From Chrysochromulina tobinii (Eukaryota), in assembly GCA_001275005.1 (NCBI GenBank), contig JWZX01003226.1, positions 1-49,406 of the forward strand: a DNA stretch of 49,406 nucleotides. The letters run 5' to 3'. Below the pieces are notes generated by a model. The model had not been told where the DNA came from, ran no database searches, and saw nothing but the letters and a program-made list of their open reading frames with translations. Below are positions 19,401-29,747 of the stretch, in pieces; position 1 is the stretch's first letter, and the number at the start of each line of letters is the position of its first letter. Made by a program: the position numbers and the translations under genes.

Positions 19401-22400
19401 CGTCAAGAGCCGGCAGGACCTGATGCGAGAGGCGGAGGAGGACGCAGCGAGCGCGGCGGTCCCCACGACGGCGCCCGCCACCGAGACGAAGCTGCTCGGC
19501 GAGTTCGGGCACGACAATAGCGCCAAGGCGCTGCTGCTGCTCGAGATCGCGTGCTACCACGAGCAGGCGGAGCGCGAGGGGCTGCTGCAGCAGGCGGCGG
19601 ACGCACTCCTGGCTGCGCAGGCGGACGAGTACAGCTGCGCTGCCGCCGCCTCGTCGGACATTTCGCGGCTCGCACGCGCCTCCTCGGCGTCCTCGAGCGC
19701 CTCCCTCTCGAGCGGCCCGCGCCCCCCCGCCGTGCCCAAGCCCCCACAGCTCGTGTACCGCACCCACGAGGCCATCTGCGTGCGTGTGCGCCCGTTTTAC
19801 CCGTCGCGTGGCCCGGTGGGACCAGGCGGTGTCGTCGCTCCGGCGCCGGTGCCGTCCAAGTTCGCCGTGTATGCCAAGGAGGCGGGCGTCGGTGTGGCCG
19901 TCTCGCTCAACAACAAGGAGCTGCCTGGCACCGGCCGGCCGCGTGCGCCCCGTGTGGGCATCGACGCGTTCGATCCGCTCGCCGACTGCTTCGTCATTCG
20001 CGGCCTGCCGCACGGGAAGCCGATCGTCATCGCGGCGGCCGCCTTCGACGCGGCAGGCGACGTCATTGGGGGGATCGGGGACATGACGAGTGAGATCGTG
20101 ACGGCGCTCCCGCTGCCTCGCACCCTGCTCTGGGCCTATTTTGCACGGCACGCGTACCAACTCGGCGCGCCGAAGCTCGCGCGGCGCGGGCTGAGCGAGG
20201 TGCAGAAGGCGATCCTCGCGATCACTCCGTCGCTCGATCTGTGGCAACAGAGCCCACTGCAGCGGCTGCGGCTCGTGCAGAAGCATTGCGCGTACCGCGC
20301 GGCCGCCGAGCTGCGCGCCGCGGCGCAGGCGCTGCTGCTCGCGCCCGCGCTGCGCGCCGCGCTCGGCGGCGTCATCGTCGCTGGCAGCCGCTCGGCTTCG
20401 GCCGTGGCGGCGCTCGAGCAGTTGCATGAGGCCCAGCAGCTGGTGCTCTCGATGCAGCTCGCGATCACCATCGACGACGCGCCACTCGCGGCGAGCGCCG
20501 TGCAGGCAGTGTATACGGCACTGACGCCACTGCTCAAGCCGCGCCAGCGCACCGTCTTCGTTCTGCAGCCACTCTCGGCCTGCCTCGCCACGCTGCAGCT
20601 CCTTGGGCCTGAGAGGCTGCTCACCATCCAGCGCGCCCCGCAGCTGCTCGCGTGCGTGGGCTTTGAGCTCGCCACCCTGAGCAATGAGTGGGGTCTGCAC
20701 CAGCTCTCATTCAAGGCCGCCGCGCTCGACGTCGCCGGCTTCGCGGCCGCGCTCGCGCTCGCGAACAAGGCCAAGGCCACCCAAGCGGGGTTGGCCGAGG
20801 AGGCGGTGGAGGCGGCAGGGTCGATTGACGAGGCGGATAAGTTCGCGGGCGTGCTCTACGCGGAGTACGTGGCCTCACAGCCGCTGCTCGCGCCGCATGC
20901 AGCGCCGCTCGGCGAGGCGGGCGCTGGTGCGGAGCTCGGCGTCAAGCTGTGGAAAGCTCTCAGCCAGTCAGAGGACGCGACGTGGCAGATGCTCGACTTG
21001 GCCAAAGGAGACACGCGTGCCTTCGAGTTCACAGTGCGCGCGTGCGAGCTGATCCTGAACTCAACGCCTACCGCGGCCAAGGCGACGCTGATCAGCGAGA
21101 AGCTCACGACGGCGCTCGCGCAGGCGGCCGAGGGCGCGCGCTACAAGCAGCTCAGCGAGTTCCTCGCGGAGCGTCCGCTGCCCGACGTCGGGTCGGAGCC
21201 GCCTCCGCCCACCGAGGGACAGACGGCGGAGGAGGCCAAGGACGCATGGGAGCAGAGAAAGTATGGCGCCATCTTTGTGCGTGGGATGAAGGCGCTGTGG
21301 GCGCGCATGCTCGATCGGCGCCAGAAGCGCATCCTGCATTTCCAGCAGCGCCCGTGGCGCGCGCTCGCTCGCACGCTACTCGCGCGCTGTGCGCACTTCA
21401 ACCCTCCGCCGCCACCGCCTCCCGGCATCGGCGAGGACGGAAACCCCTTGCCGGCGCCGGCGCCGCCGCCCGAGGGCGCGCATGTGCTCAAGGAGCTTGC
21501 ACGCGGCGCCGTGATCGCGGAGCGCGCCGAGTGCCCTGCGATGCTGCTGCACACGTGCGCGCAGCTGCGCAACTTTTTCGACCTGCTGCCCGCCGCCGTC
21601 GAGTGCACGCTCGCGTACGGCCGGTTCGAGGCGATGCCTCGTGCCTCCCAGGCCGACCCGCCCGACCCGCCGCCCGCCATCGTGCCCGCTCTGTGGAAGC
21701 CGCTCGCGCGTGCCTCGCAGGCGCTTCTGTCGCTCCTCGGCCAGCTGCACGGGGGGCTCCCTCTCGGCGGACGGGACCCCTTTGCTCTTGCGCTGGCAGG
21801 CACCTCCGCCGCGGAACTCGCCGTCACTGCCGAGACCGACGTGCGGCGCGGCGCTGGCGTGAGCGAGGAGGATGTGTCCACGCACGTCAAGGGACCGAAG
21901 CGCTGGTTCGAGACGCGCGATACAGCGTATGACGTGGAGCCCCTCAATCTCGACTGGATCTGCGACTTTGTGCACCTGACGCTGCGCCAGCTCCAGCTCG
22001 CGCGCCGTTGGCGGCTAATGGCTGAGCTCGCCCTCAGCTTTGATGATCTGACCGAGGGCACGTACGGCACCCGCATGCTCCCGTTCCTGGAGCAGGCGCA
22101 GCAGAAGCTGCATGCCACCAAGTGGGCCGATGGCAACGCTCTGCCGCAGGTCGCCAAGCGCGTCGCCGAGCTGGTGCGCGATCAGAGCGCGTGCGTCCAG
22201 GCCATCGAGGCGTGTCGCAAGGCCGTGCACGCACTGTGCACGCCCGGCGGCGGCGTGGGCAACGGGTTCAGCCTCGATGGCAGCGGCACGGTGGCTGAGA
22301 AGCGCTCGGCGGCGCTCGAGCGGGCGCACCACCTATGCAAGGAAAGTGCGACCCTCTGCCGCTCGCGTCGCGAGACCACCATGCTGATCGAGTCTCTAGG

Positions 22401-25400
22401 GACGCTCGGCTCGCTGCAGCTCGAGGATGGCAAGGTGAGTCGGGCGGCCGAGGCGTGGAATATGGCCCTCGACGACATCTTCAACACGCAGGACGTGACG
22501 AAGCTCTGGCAGGGCCTCTTTGCGCCGACGGCGCCGCCGCTTCCCGCCAAGTACTCGTTGGCCGAGATGGGTCGCGCGCTCGCGGTGCTCGGTGGGCTTG
22601 CTCGCCATACGACGTCCCATCGATTGGAGCGTCGGCTGCAGCACGCCCTCTTCGCGTCGCACCTGTGCGTGTCCATCACGTCCACGTCGATCACGCACCC
22701 GTCGCGTCTCATCGACTGGGCCGGCTACCGGCTGACCGAGCTGCCCGCGGGCACGCTCGATGCCAAGGGCGGATGGCCGGATGGCTGCAAAGGTATGGTC
22801 GTGCAGCTTGAGCTCCTCGACGGGCTGCATGCGCTCGCTACGACGCTCCTTCAGTACGAGCTACCGCTGCGCGCGCTGCCGATCCTCGCGATCCTCAAGC
22901 ATCTGGCCACCGACGTGGCGCGTGACGTGACGCATTCGGTCGGCGCCGATGCGCTCATGCTCATGGCCCTCACGGCCCTTGGCCAGCTCGATCACGCAAG
23001 CGTGCTGCTCGCCAATGCGCTCGCGGGCGCCGACCTGCCGCGCGATGCGCTGGAGCTCCTCCCCCCCCCGCCTCCCACCGAGGGCGCTGCGCCGCCGCCG
23101 CTCAAGGTGCCGCCCGCGCCGCCGCGATTCTTGGTCCACCTGACGCCCGAGAGCGCTGAGAATGCTCCCGCAGTGCGTGTGATGCTCGAGGCGACGGCTG
23201 CGCCCACCGTGGTGTCACAGTGCGATCCCGCCGTGCTCAAGCTTCTCAGCCTCGCGCGTGCCGCGCTGCTGCTGCGCCTCACCGAGCGTGTGTCGCCCGC
23301 CGCGGTCGCGGACATCGCGGCCAAGGCCGGCGGCGCCGCCGCGGACGCTGCTGCTGCTGCGGCGGCCGCGGCCGCCGCGCCGCCTGCCAAGGGAGGCAAG
23401 CCGCCGGCGAAGGGCGAGCCGCCGCCTCCCGAGCCCGTGGCGGCCGGTGTTGGGGCGGCGGACATTCTGCGCGCGGTTGAGCTGCTGCTCGACAGCGTAG
23501 CCGCGCCGTCGGCGCCGCGCGCCGACGGCGCGCCGCCGAGCGCGGCGGAGCTCGCGGCGACCTTTGCACTGCGGTGCGACGAGGCCATGCTCCGTTCGAC
23601 GCTCGCTCTGCGGCGGGGGCTGCCAGCGGACGCGATCGCGCCACTCAAAGAGGCTATGAGTGGCGCGGTGCCCGCTTTGCCGTGGGGCAACGACGGCGAG
23701 GGCGGCGGCGGCGGGAAGGTGGGGCTGCTACTTCCGTCACTGCAGCCGGGCGCGCTGCACTGGCTGCGACTGCGCGCGGCGCTGGCGACCGTCTGCCTGC
23801 AGCAGGGGCAACTCAAGGCGGCGCTCGAGCAGATCGACACGGGGCGCACCGAGGCCAACCGCGCGCACGACAAGCGGGTGCTGCGCCAGCTGCTCCTCGT
23901 GCACGCGCGCGTGAAGCTCGCAAATGGCGAGCTGCCAGCGGCCGCCGATGCGCTCAAGCTCTGGCTCGAAGACGCGTCGAGCGCCACCGCCGCCGACGCC
24001 GTGACCGTCGCGGGCGCCTCCATGCAGTACGCGGGCGCGATGCTCGCACTCAGCGCCGCCTTTGGCGGCGTGGGGGGCGGCGCGGGCGCTGCCAAGATCA
24101 TCGCGTTGCTCCGTGGTGCCGAAGCGACCCTGCGCGCGGAGTCCGAGGCGCTCGGCATGGTCTCTTCCGAGCAATGGCCATGCCTGGTTCAGCCGACGCC
24201 CGGGGCGCAGGGGCCCTCCTCGCCCGTCCACGTGGGTGCGCTCGACAACCTGTACCTGCGCCCACTCCAGCCACTCGTCGAGGCGAAGCTCAAGCTCGCT
24301 GTAGGGCTGCAGCTGACGAGTGCGGCGCCGGCGGGGATGGCTGCACACGCAGCCACGGACGCGTCGGTTCAACTGCTCACCGAAGCGGCTGCGCTGCTCA
24401 AGCGCACGCTGCATCCGCGCCCCACGCTCATCGCGAACGTGCATGCGGAGCTCGGTCGCGCTTTCGTCACCCAGTCGCTGCGCGCGGCGGTTGGCCCATG
24501 GGGCGGCGCCACGACTCTCAATGACGCTACGGCGGCCGCGGCCGAGGCGGCGGCTGCGGGTGCCGCGCGGCCCTCGACGCCAGCCGAGCAGTGGGGTCCT
24601 GACGGACGGCGCGTGCCGCCGCCCGTGCCGCCGCTGCCCGTGCGCGCAGAGGCAGCGCTCCGCACAGCGCTGGTCACGCTCGATTCGTGCGAGCAAGTGG
24701 AGCCCGCCCTCGTGCAACGCATCGCCCTCGAACTCGCACGTCTGCACGGCGCGGGCCTCGTGCCCGGCACCGAGCTCGAGCGAGAGTGGGTCGCCACGTG
24801 GGTGCCCGTGCCGCGCTCGCTCGAGCTCGGTGCCGCCTATGTGCGCCGCGCGGCGCTCTGCGGCGTCGGCCGGCGCGCCGTATACGCCGAGCTGCTCGCC
24901 CTCACGCCCTCGCCGCCCCTCGACGCGGCGGTGCCCCTGCCCAAGCCCCTCGCGGACGAAGCGGTGCAGGCCGCGTCGCTCGCCGCTGACCGGCCCAACA
25001 CGATGCCTGACTCGCGCGACGAGGGCAAGTCGGCGCGGGACCTGTTCGGCCTCGCTGCGGCGCTCAATAGGACGCGTGAGCTGCCCCACGTCGACCAGGA
25101 CGCCGTCGAGCGCAAGCAGCTGCTGCTCCATGGGTTCCTCAAAAAGGCATGCAAGCCGTTTGCGGACGCGCTCGTGCCGGCCGCGCCGCCGCCGGCGGCC
25201 GAGCTCAAGCTCGAAGTACCCGCGGGCCTCGCCACGTTTCAGTGGTATGATGCGACGCCCACGTTTGGTGGCGTGGTGGTCGAGAGCACCCTCACCCTCT
25301 TCTATGTGCTCGGCCATGGTGGCGAAGGTGCCTTTATGCTGGGCACGCTGGTGCTGCCGCGCGCGGGCGTGCTCGCCACAGCGCGGCTCCTCCAGCGGCA

Positions 25401-25779
25401 TCTGCTCGCCGCGGGCGCGGAGGCGGCCGTGGCAGCTGCGGCCGCCGCGGCGGCCCCTCCACCAGCCAAGGGAGGCAAAGGAGCACCACCTCCTGAAGAG
25501 CCCAAGCCGCCGCCCAAGCTCGATTGGCTCATCGAGTGCACCGACGCCGTCAAGGAGCTGCTGCAGCCGCCCGCGACGGCGCCGCCCGAGGAGACGCCGC
25601 CGCCCGCGGACGACGAGGAGGACGCCGAGCCTCCGCCCCCGCCGGTGGACTATGCCGCGGCGGTCGGCCCGGGCGCACTCGAAACGCTCGCCACCCTCTT
25701 CGACCCGCTCACGGGCGGCACCATGACCGATCCGGCCGTGTGCGCCTGGCTCGCGTCGCTGCTCGTCAGCAAAAAGTGA
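16447..25779 (+). CDS. CFAP54: Cilia- and flagella-associated protein 54 (central pair C1d), two exons with intron 17902-17973
   Basis: N-terminal DUF4486-like motif LYWLVLNGTRLAYSMC...LGWCALCMEGMLPLLAPRFLMWRIQLYEALCHCY; removing the 72-nt intron joins the 562-aa and 2603-aa ORFs in frame (~3090 aa); later AAFDAAGDVIGGIG...IVTALPLP segment also fits the family. Confidence 0.88.
17902..17973 (+). other. 72-nt spliceosomal intron with internal GCTGAT repeats and a duplicated junction
   Basis: GAG|GTGAGC...TGCAG|GTG; contains in-frame stops; removal restores the reading frame. Confidence 0.9.
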
Positions 25780-26240
25780 GCAGGCTTGGCGCTGTGTCGT
25801 TGTGGGATGAGGGAGAGGCTCGACGTATGAGCGATCATCGCATGAGTCGCGGCCGCGTCGAGTGCACGTGGTGGTGTATCCTCCAAGTGAGAATCGAATA
25901 AGTGCAAGAGCGGAAAATTCGAAAGTAAACGCCCCCCCTGTCCCGCTTGACCAGGTTTGTGTTGGCGATCTCCGGCGGCCCTGACCGCCTGACGAATCTG
26001 TTTCGTCGCGTCGTCTTGAACGGCGATTTGTTTCCGACACCCTCACGTCCTTGCCCAGGAAGGATACACACCGCGGAAAGGGACACGATTTTGTCGACAA
26101 GAATGCGGTACATTCAAGTGCCGCCGGTTGTCGCGTCTGATCTCTGGTCCGGCGGCGCGGTTCATGCTCCGTCCGATCCCAAATCCAAGGCTGCGGCTGC
26201 AGCTGCTGCAGCCGACGCGTGCGCGTGCGCGGCGGCGGCG

Positions 26241-28619
26241 ATGGCTTCAGCGGCTGCTTCCATCAGCAGCACATCAGCACACCTCGACAAGGAGCGCATG
26301 CAGCTCGAGATGATGCGAAAGGCAAACGACGACACCGCGGCCGGAAGCACTGTGGCGGCAATCAAGGCGCTGAACAAAAATCGGCTGCGGCTAGCGGCTG
26401 CCGAGCGCGAGCGTGACAGACTGCGCATGGAAACTGCGGCGCTCCGCGTCGCGTCGGATTCAGTCAGGGCAAGCTTGGAAGCGCAGGTGCAACATTTGCG
26501 GGCTGACCTCGCCGCTTCCCTCGCCCGCGAGATGATCAGAGCAGCCCAGGACGCGGACAGAGCAGCCCAGGAGGCCGCGGCAGAGGAGGCCGCGGCAGCG
26601 GAGGCCGCGCCAGTGGAGGCCGCGCCAGTGGAGGCCGCGCCAAAGGAGGCTGCGGCGGAGGAGGATCCTTCGACAGCTCAAGTCGTTCGAGAGCTCCGGC
26701 TGCAGCGCCAAGCTGTCGGCTTCCTAGCGAATCGAGAGCTCGCGCGCGCGTGGATGAGCTGGGCGGCGTGGCATGCGGAGCGAAGCCGGCAGCTCACCGT
26801 GCTGCGGAGCTTCTTGGGGCGCCTGATGAACCGGCAACTGTCACGGGGCTGGCAGTTGCTGCGCGAGCTGGCCGCGGAGCGAACGGCGGCGCTGCTGGCG
26901 ATGCGGCGCGTGCTGAGCTGCCTGGCAAACCGCGGGCTGGCGAGCGGCTGGCGCGCGTGGCAGTCGGCTGTGGCAGAGATCCTTGCGAAGCGCGCGAGCC
27001 TACGCTCAAGCCTCGGGCACCTCGTCCATCGAGAACAGGCAGCCGGCTGGCACACGTGGGTGGAGCAGTACCACGAGCGGCTCGAACAGCTGCGGACCCT
27101 GCGTCGCGGCCTCGGGCGAATGAGACTCCACGGCCTAGCCAAGGGGTGGGCAGGCTGGCGCCGTCTCATCGAGGAGCGTGCGGCGGAGTTGGAAGCGCAG
27201 CGCCGCGTGCTGCGCTTCATGAGTGGCTCCCTCCGTGACCTCGTCCGTGGCTGGCACGGCTGGCTCGGCTTCCTCGACGAGCTCGAGACGGCGCGACAGC
27301 AGATGCAGAAGTCGATCGGCTTCTTCATGTACCGCGCGCTCATCCCGGCATGGAGGGCGTGGCTCCAGGCGTTGCGAGAGCGGCAGGAGCAGATGCGCCT
27401 GCTGAGCCGCTCTGCAAAGTTCATGAGCCAGCGCGGGCTCGCGCGCGGCGTGCTCGCCTTCCAAGCGAACGCAGGGCGCAGTCCGACCAATCGCCTCAAC
27501 ACGGCCCTTTCACTGCTCGACATGTGCGCCACCCTCCTCCTCGAGCAGGACGAACGTTTCGTGGGCGCCAGCGCGGCCAGCGCCAGCGCGGCCATCGCGA
27601 TCAGCGCCAGGGCGGTCAGGGGCGTCGCGGCCGACGGCGCGGGTGACGGCGCGGGTGACGGCGCGGGTGACGGCGGGGGCACGGGAAACCACAAGAAAAC
27701 CGGGGCCTACCCGTGCCTTGTGGCGGCGTGCTCGCACGGCTTGACGCCCGTCGTGCAGCTTCTCCTCGACCAGAAGGCCTCTGTGGACGCCGCCACGCCG
27801 AGTGGCTGGACTGCACTGATGGAATCGTGCCAAAATGGGCACGGCGAGTGCGTGCGGCTCCTATTGCAGCGTGGCGCGAATGTCAACCTCGCCAAGAATG
27901 ACGGCTGGAACGCGCTGATGGTGAGCTCCAAGGCGGGGCATGAGGGCTGTATTCGACTCCTAGTCCAGAAGGGCGTGGCTGTCAACCATGCCAAGAGCGA
28001 CGGTTGGACGGCCCTGATGATCAGCTGCCGCAACTCTCACGTGAGCTGCACTCGCGCCTTGCTCGACCGCGGCGCGCACGTGGACGCGCTCAAGCCGAAT
28101 GGCTTCACTGCGCTAATGGCGGCATGTCAGGTAGGCGCCTTTGAGTGCGCGCGGCTGCTGCTCGAGCGGGGCGCGGCCGTTGGGGCCGCCCGGCATGATG
28201 ACGGTTGGACAGCGCTGATGCTCGCGTGCCAGAATGGGCACCTCGAGTGCGCGAGATTGCTCCTCGAGCATGGGGCCGACGTCCACCAAACCAAACCGGG
28301 CAACGGGTGGAGTGCGCTCATGGCGGCCAGCCAAAACGGACAGACGGAGCTCGTGCAGCTGCTGCTCGAGAAGGGTGCCGACGTCACGGCGAAACGCAAG
28401 GACGGTGCGAGCGCTCTCAGCCTCGCAGAGGAATACGCGCGCCACGAGACGGCGCGGCTGCTCCGGAGCACCCTCGGCCTGCCCTCGACGCGCCCCGCAA
28501 GCGCTGTGCCCGCGGGCGACACGGATGCCTTTGCACAGGCCGCGCGCAAGGCGCGAACGAAGGTCGTCCAGAGGAAGCTGGCAACGACGGCAATTGTGGC
28601 CGCGGCACTGCAGCGCTGA
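26241..28619 (+). CDS. Coiled-coil + Sfi1-like Trp-rich repeats + ankyrin repeat protein
   Basis: About 8 repeats of R-x-L-x-x-[GA]-W-x-x-W at ~33-aa spacing, then ~7 ankyrin repeats (GWTALMESCQNGHGECVRLLLQRGANVN). Start is uncertain; the ORF opens at 25947. Confidence 0.8.
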   Translation: MASAAASISSTSAHLDKERMQLEMMRKANDDTAAGSTVAAIKALNKNRLRLAAAERERDRLRMETAALRVASDSVRASLEAQVQHLRADLAASLAREMIRAAQDADRAAQEAAAEEAAAAEAAPVEAAPVEAAPKEAAAEEDPSTAQVVRELRLQRQAVGFLANRELARAWMSWAAWHAERSRQLTVLRSFLGRLMNRQLSRGWQLLRELAAERTAALLAMRRVLSCLANRGLASGWRAWQSAVAEILAKRASLRSSLGHLVHREQAAGWHTWVEQYHERLEQLRTLRRGLGRMRLHGLAKGWAGWRRLIEERAAELEAQRRVLRFMSGSLRDLVRGWHGWLGFLDELETARQQMQKSIGFFMYRALIPAWRAWLQALRERQEQMRLLSRSAKFMSQRGLARGVLAFQANAGRSPTNRLNTALSLLDMCATLLLEQDERFVGASAASASAAIAISARAVRGVAADGAGDGAGDGAGDGGGTGNHKKTGAYPCLVAACSHGLTPVVQLLLDQKASVDAATPSGWTALMESCQNGHGECVRLLLQRGANVNLAKNDGWNALMVSSKAGHEGCIRLLVQKGVAVNHAKSDGWTALMISCRNSHVSCTRALLDRGAHVDALKPNGFTALMAACQVGAFECARLLLERGAAVGAARHDDGWTALMLACQNGHLECARLLLEHGADVHQTKPGNGWSALMAASQNGQTELVQLLLEKGADVTAKRKDGASALSLAEEYARHETARLLRSTLGLPSTRPASAVPAGDTDAFAQAARKARTKVVQRKLATTAIVAAALQR

Positions 28620-28981
28620 CCATGCTCGTCTCTCGTGTCCCGACATACACGGCCCGCGGGGCGGTGGGACCTGGGAGGGACGGTCTCTCGGGGGAGTCTG
28701 TCCGCGATCACGACGCGCTGCTGATTGTAGTGTGCCCGACGCCGACGCGTGTGACGTGACAGTTTCGTCAAAGGAGCTTGGCGGGTGTGGGGCCACCGCT
28801 CTCAGACATGCTCGAGTGATCATGCCGTACTTTCTTTTTACTGAGCGACACTTCAATAAGGTTGAAAACATGTAGAAAGCCGTGCGAGTCCGGCGTGTGC
28901 ACACACTGGTCTGCACCCAGGTCTCGGTGCTGGAGCGTTGCGGCACCGCGAAAACGTCTCAAAAGAGGAGTTTTACACCTT

Positions 28982-29479
28982 CTACATCAACTGGTTCAAG
29001 AACTCGTCATCGAGATCGTCGTCGGCTGCCGATTCGATCCGCCGCTTGGGTTTCAGTGGCCGCTCAAAGTCGTCGTACGGATTTCGACCCGATTCCACTC
29101 CCTCGGTGCCCTGCTCACAGGACAAATATGTCAGCTTTGTCACAAGTGCGGGTGAGGTTCGCTGCACAGTTGACTCGCACACCTGCGTCACATACGCACC
29201 CATGAGACCGAGGCCAGCAATCATCGCCGTGTTGAACATGTCGGGCACCAGATTGTCCAGAGAGTGCCCAAAGTCCGAAGGCACGTATACTGGCAACACG
29301 CTGCTGCTGCTGACGATGGCATCCGCAGCTAGCGACGCGTCGAGCATGCGCGCGCCCGAACCGCGCTCGGCACTCGAGATCTCGTGCCGCGCACTATAGC
29401 ATGGTGATATCTGCAGAGCCGAGGCGTCATGTAGTGTCACCGCAAGGAGCAGGAGGAAGACTGATGAGGCTGAACCCAT
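28982..29479 (-). CDS. Hypothetical protein with N-terminal signal peptide (secreted or plastid-targeted)
   Basis: MGSASSVFLLLLAVTLHDASA|LQIS; one internal hydrophobic stretch; acidic C-terminus. Confidence 0.55.
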   Translation of the reverse strand: MGSASSVFLLLLAVTLHDASALQISPCYSARHEISSAERGSGARMLDASLAADAIVSSSSVLPVYVPSDFGHSLDNLVPDMFNTAMIAGLGLMGAYVTQVCESTVQRTSPALVTKLTYLSCEQGTEGVESGRNPYDDFERPLKPKRRIESAADDDLDDEFLNQLM

Positions 29480-29747
29480 TTTTCACGTCGGTGATCGTGA
29501 AGAGATGAGAAATCATGAACTGGCGCGCATGTTTAGGGCGCGCGTGTTGTAGTCACATGTTTCGAACTTGAATCCGCGGGATATTCACGAACACAATTTG
29601 CAAGCACTTCGCCCTTCGTGCAGTCCTCGCGCTAGGAATGGAGCATCTCTTTCCGTCGAAGGAGGGATTCCCGCTGCAGTATTAGTGCCGGCCGACCTGT
29701 GTGCGGCCGGGAGGCGCGCCGCCCCCGCGCGTTGTTCCAGAAGAAGA

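Noticed and set aside
23737..26100. 787-aa antisense ORF and many other long overlapping ORFs (e.g. 18826-20700, 2777-4303, 46399-47739)
   Set aside because: Arg/Ala/Gly-rich shadow frames expected from high GC3 codon usage opposite real genes; no domain motifs.
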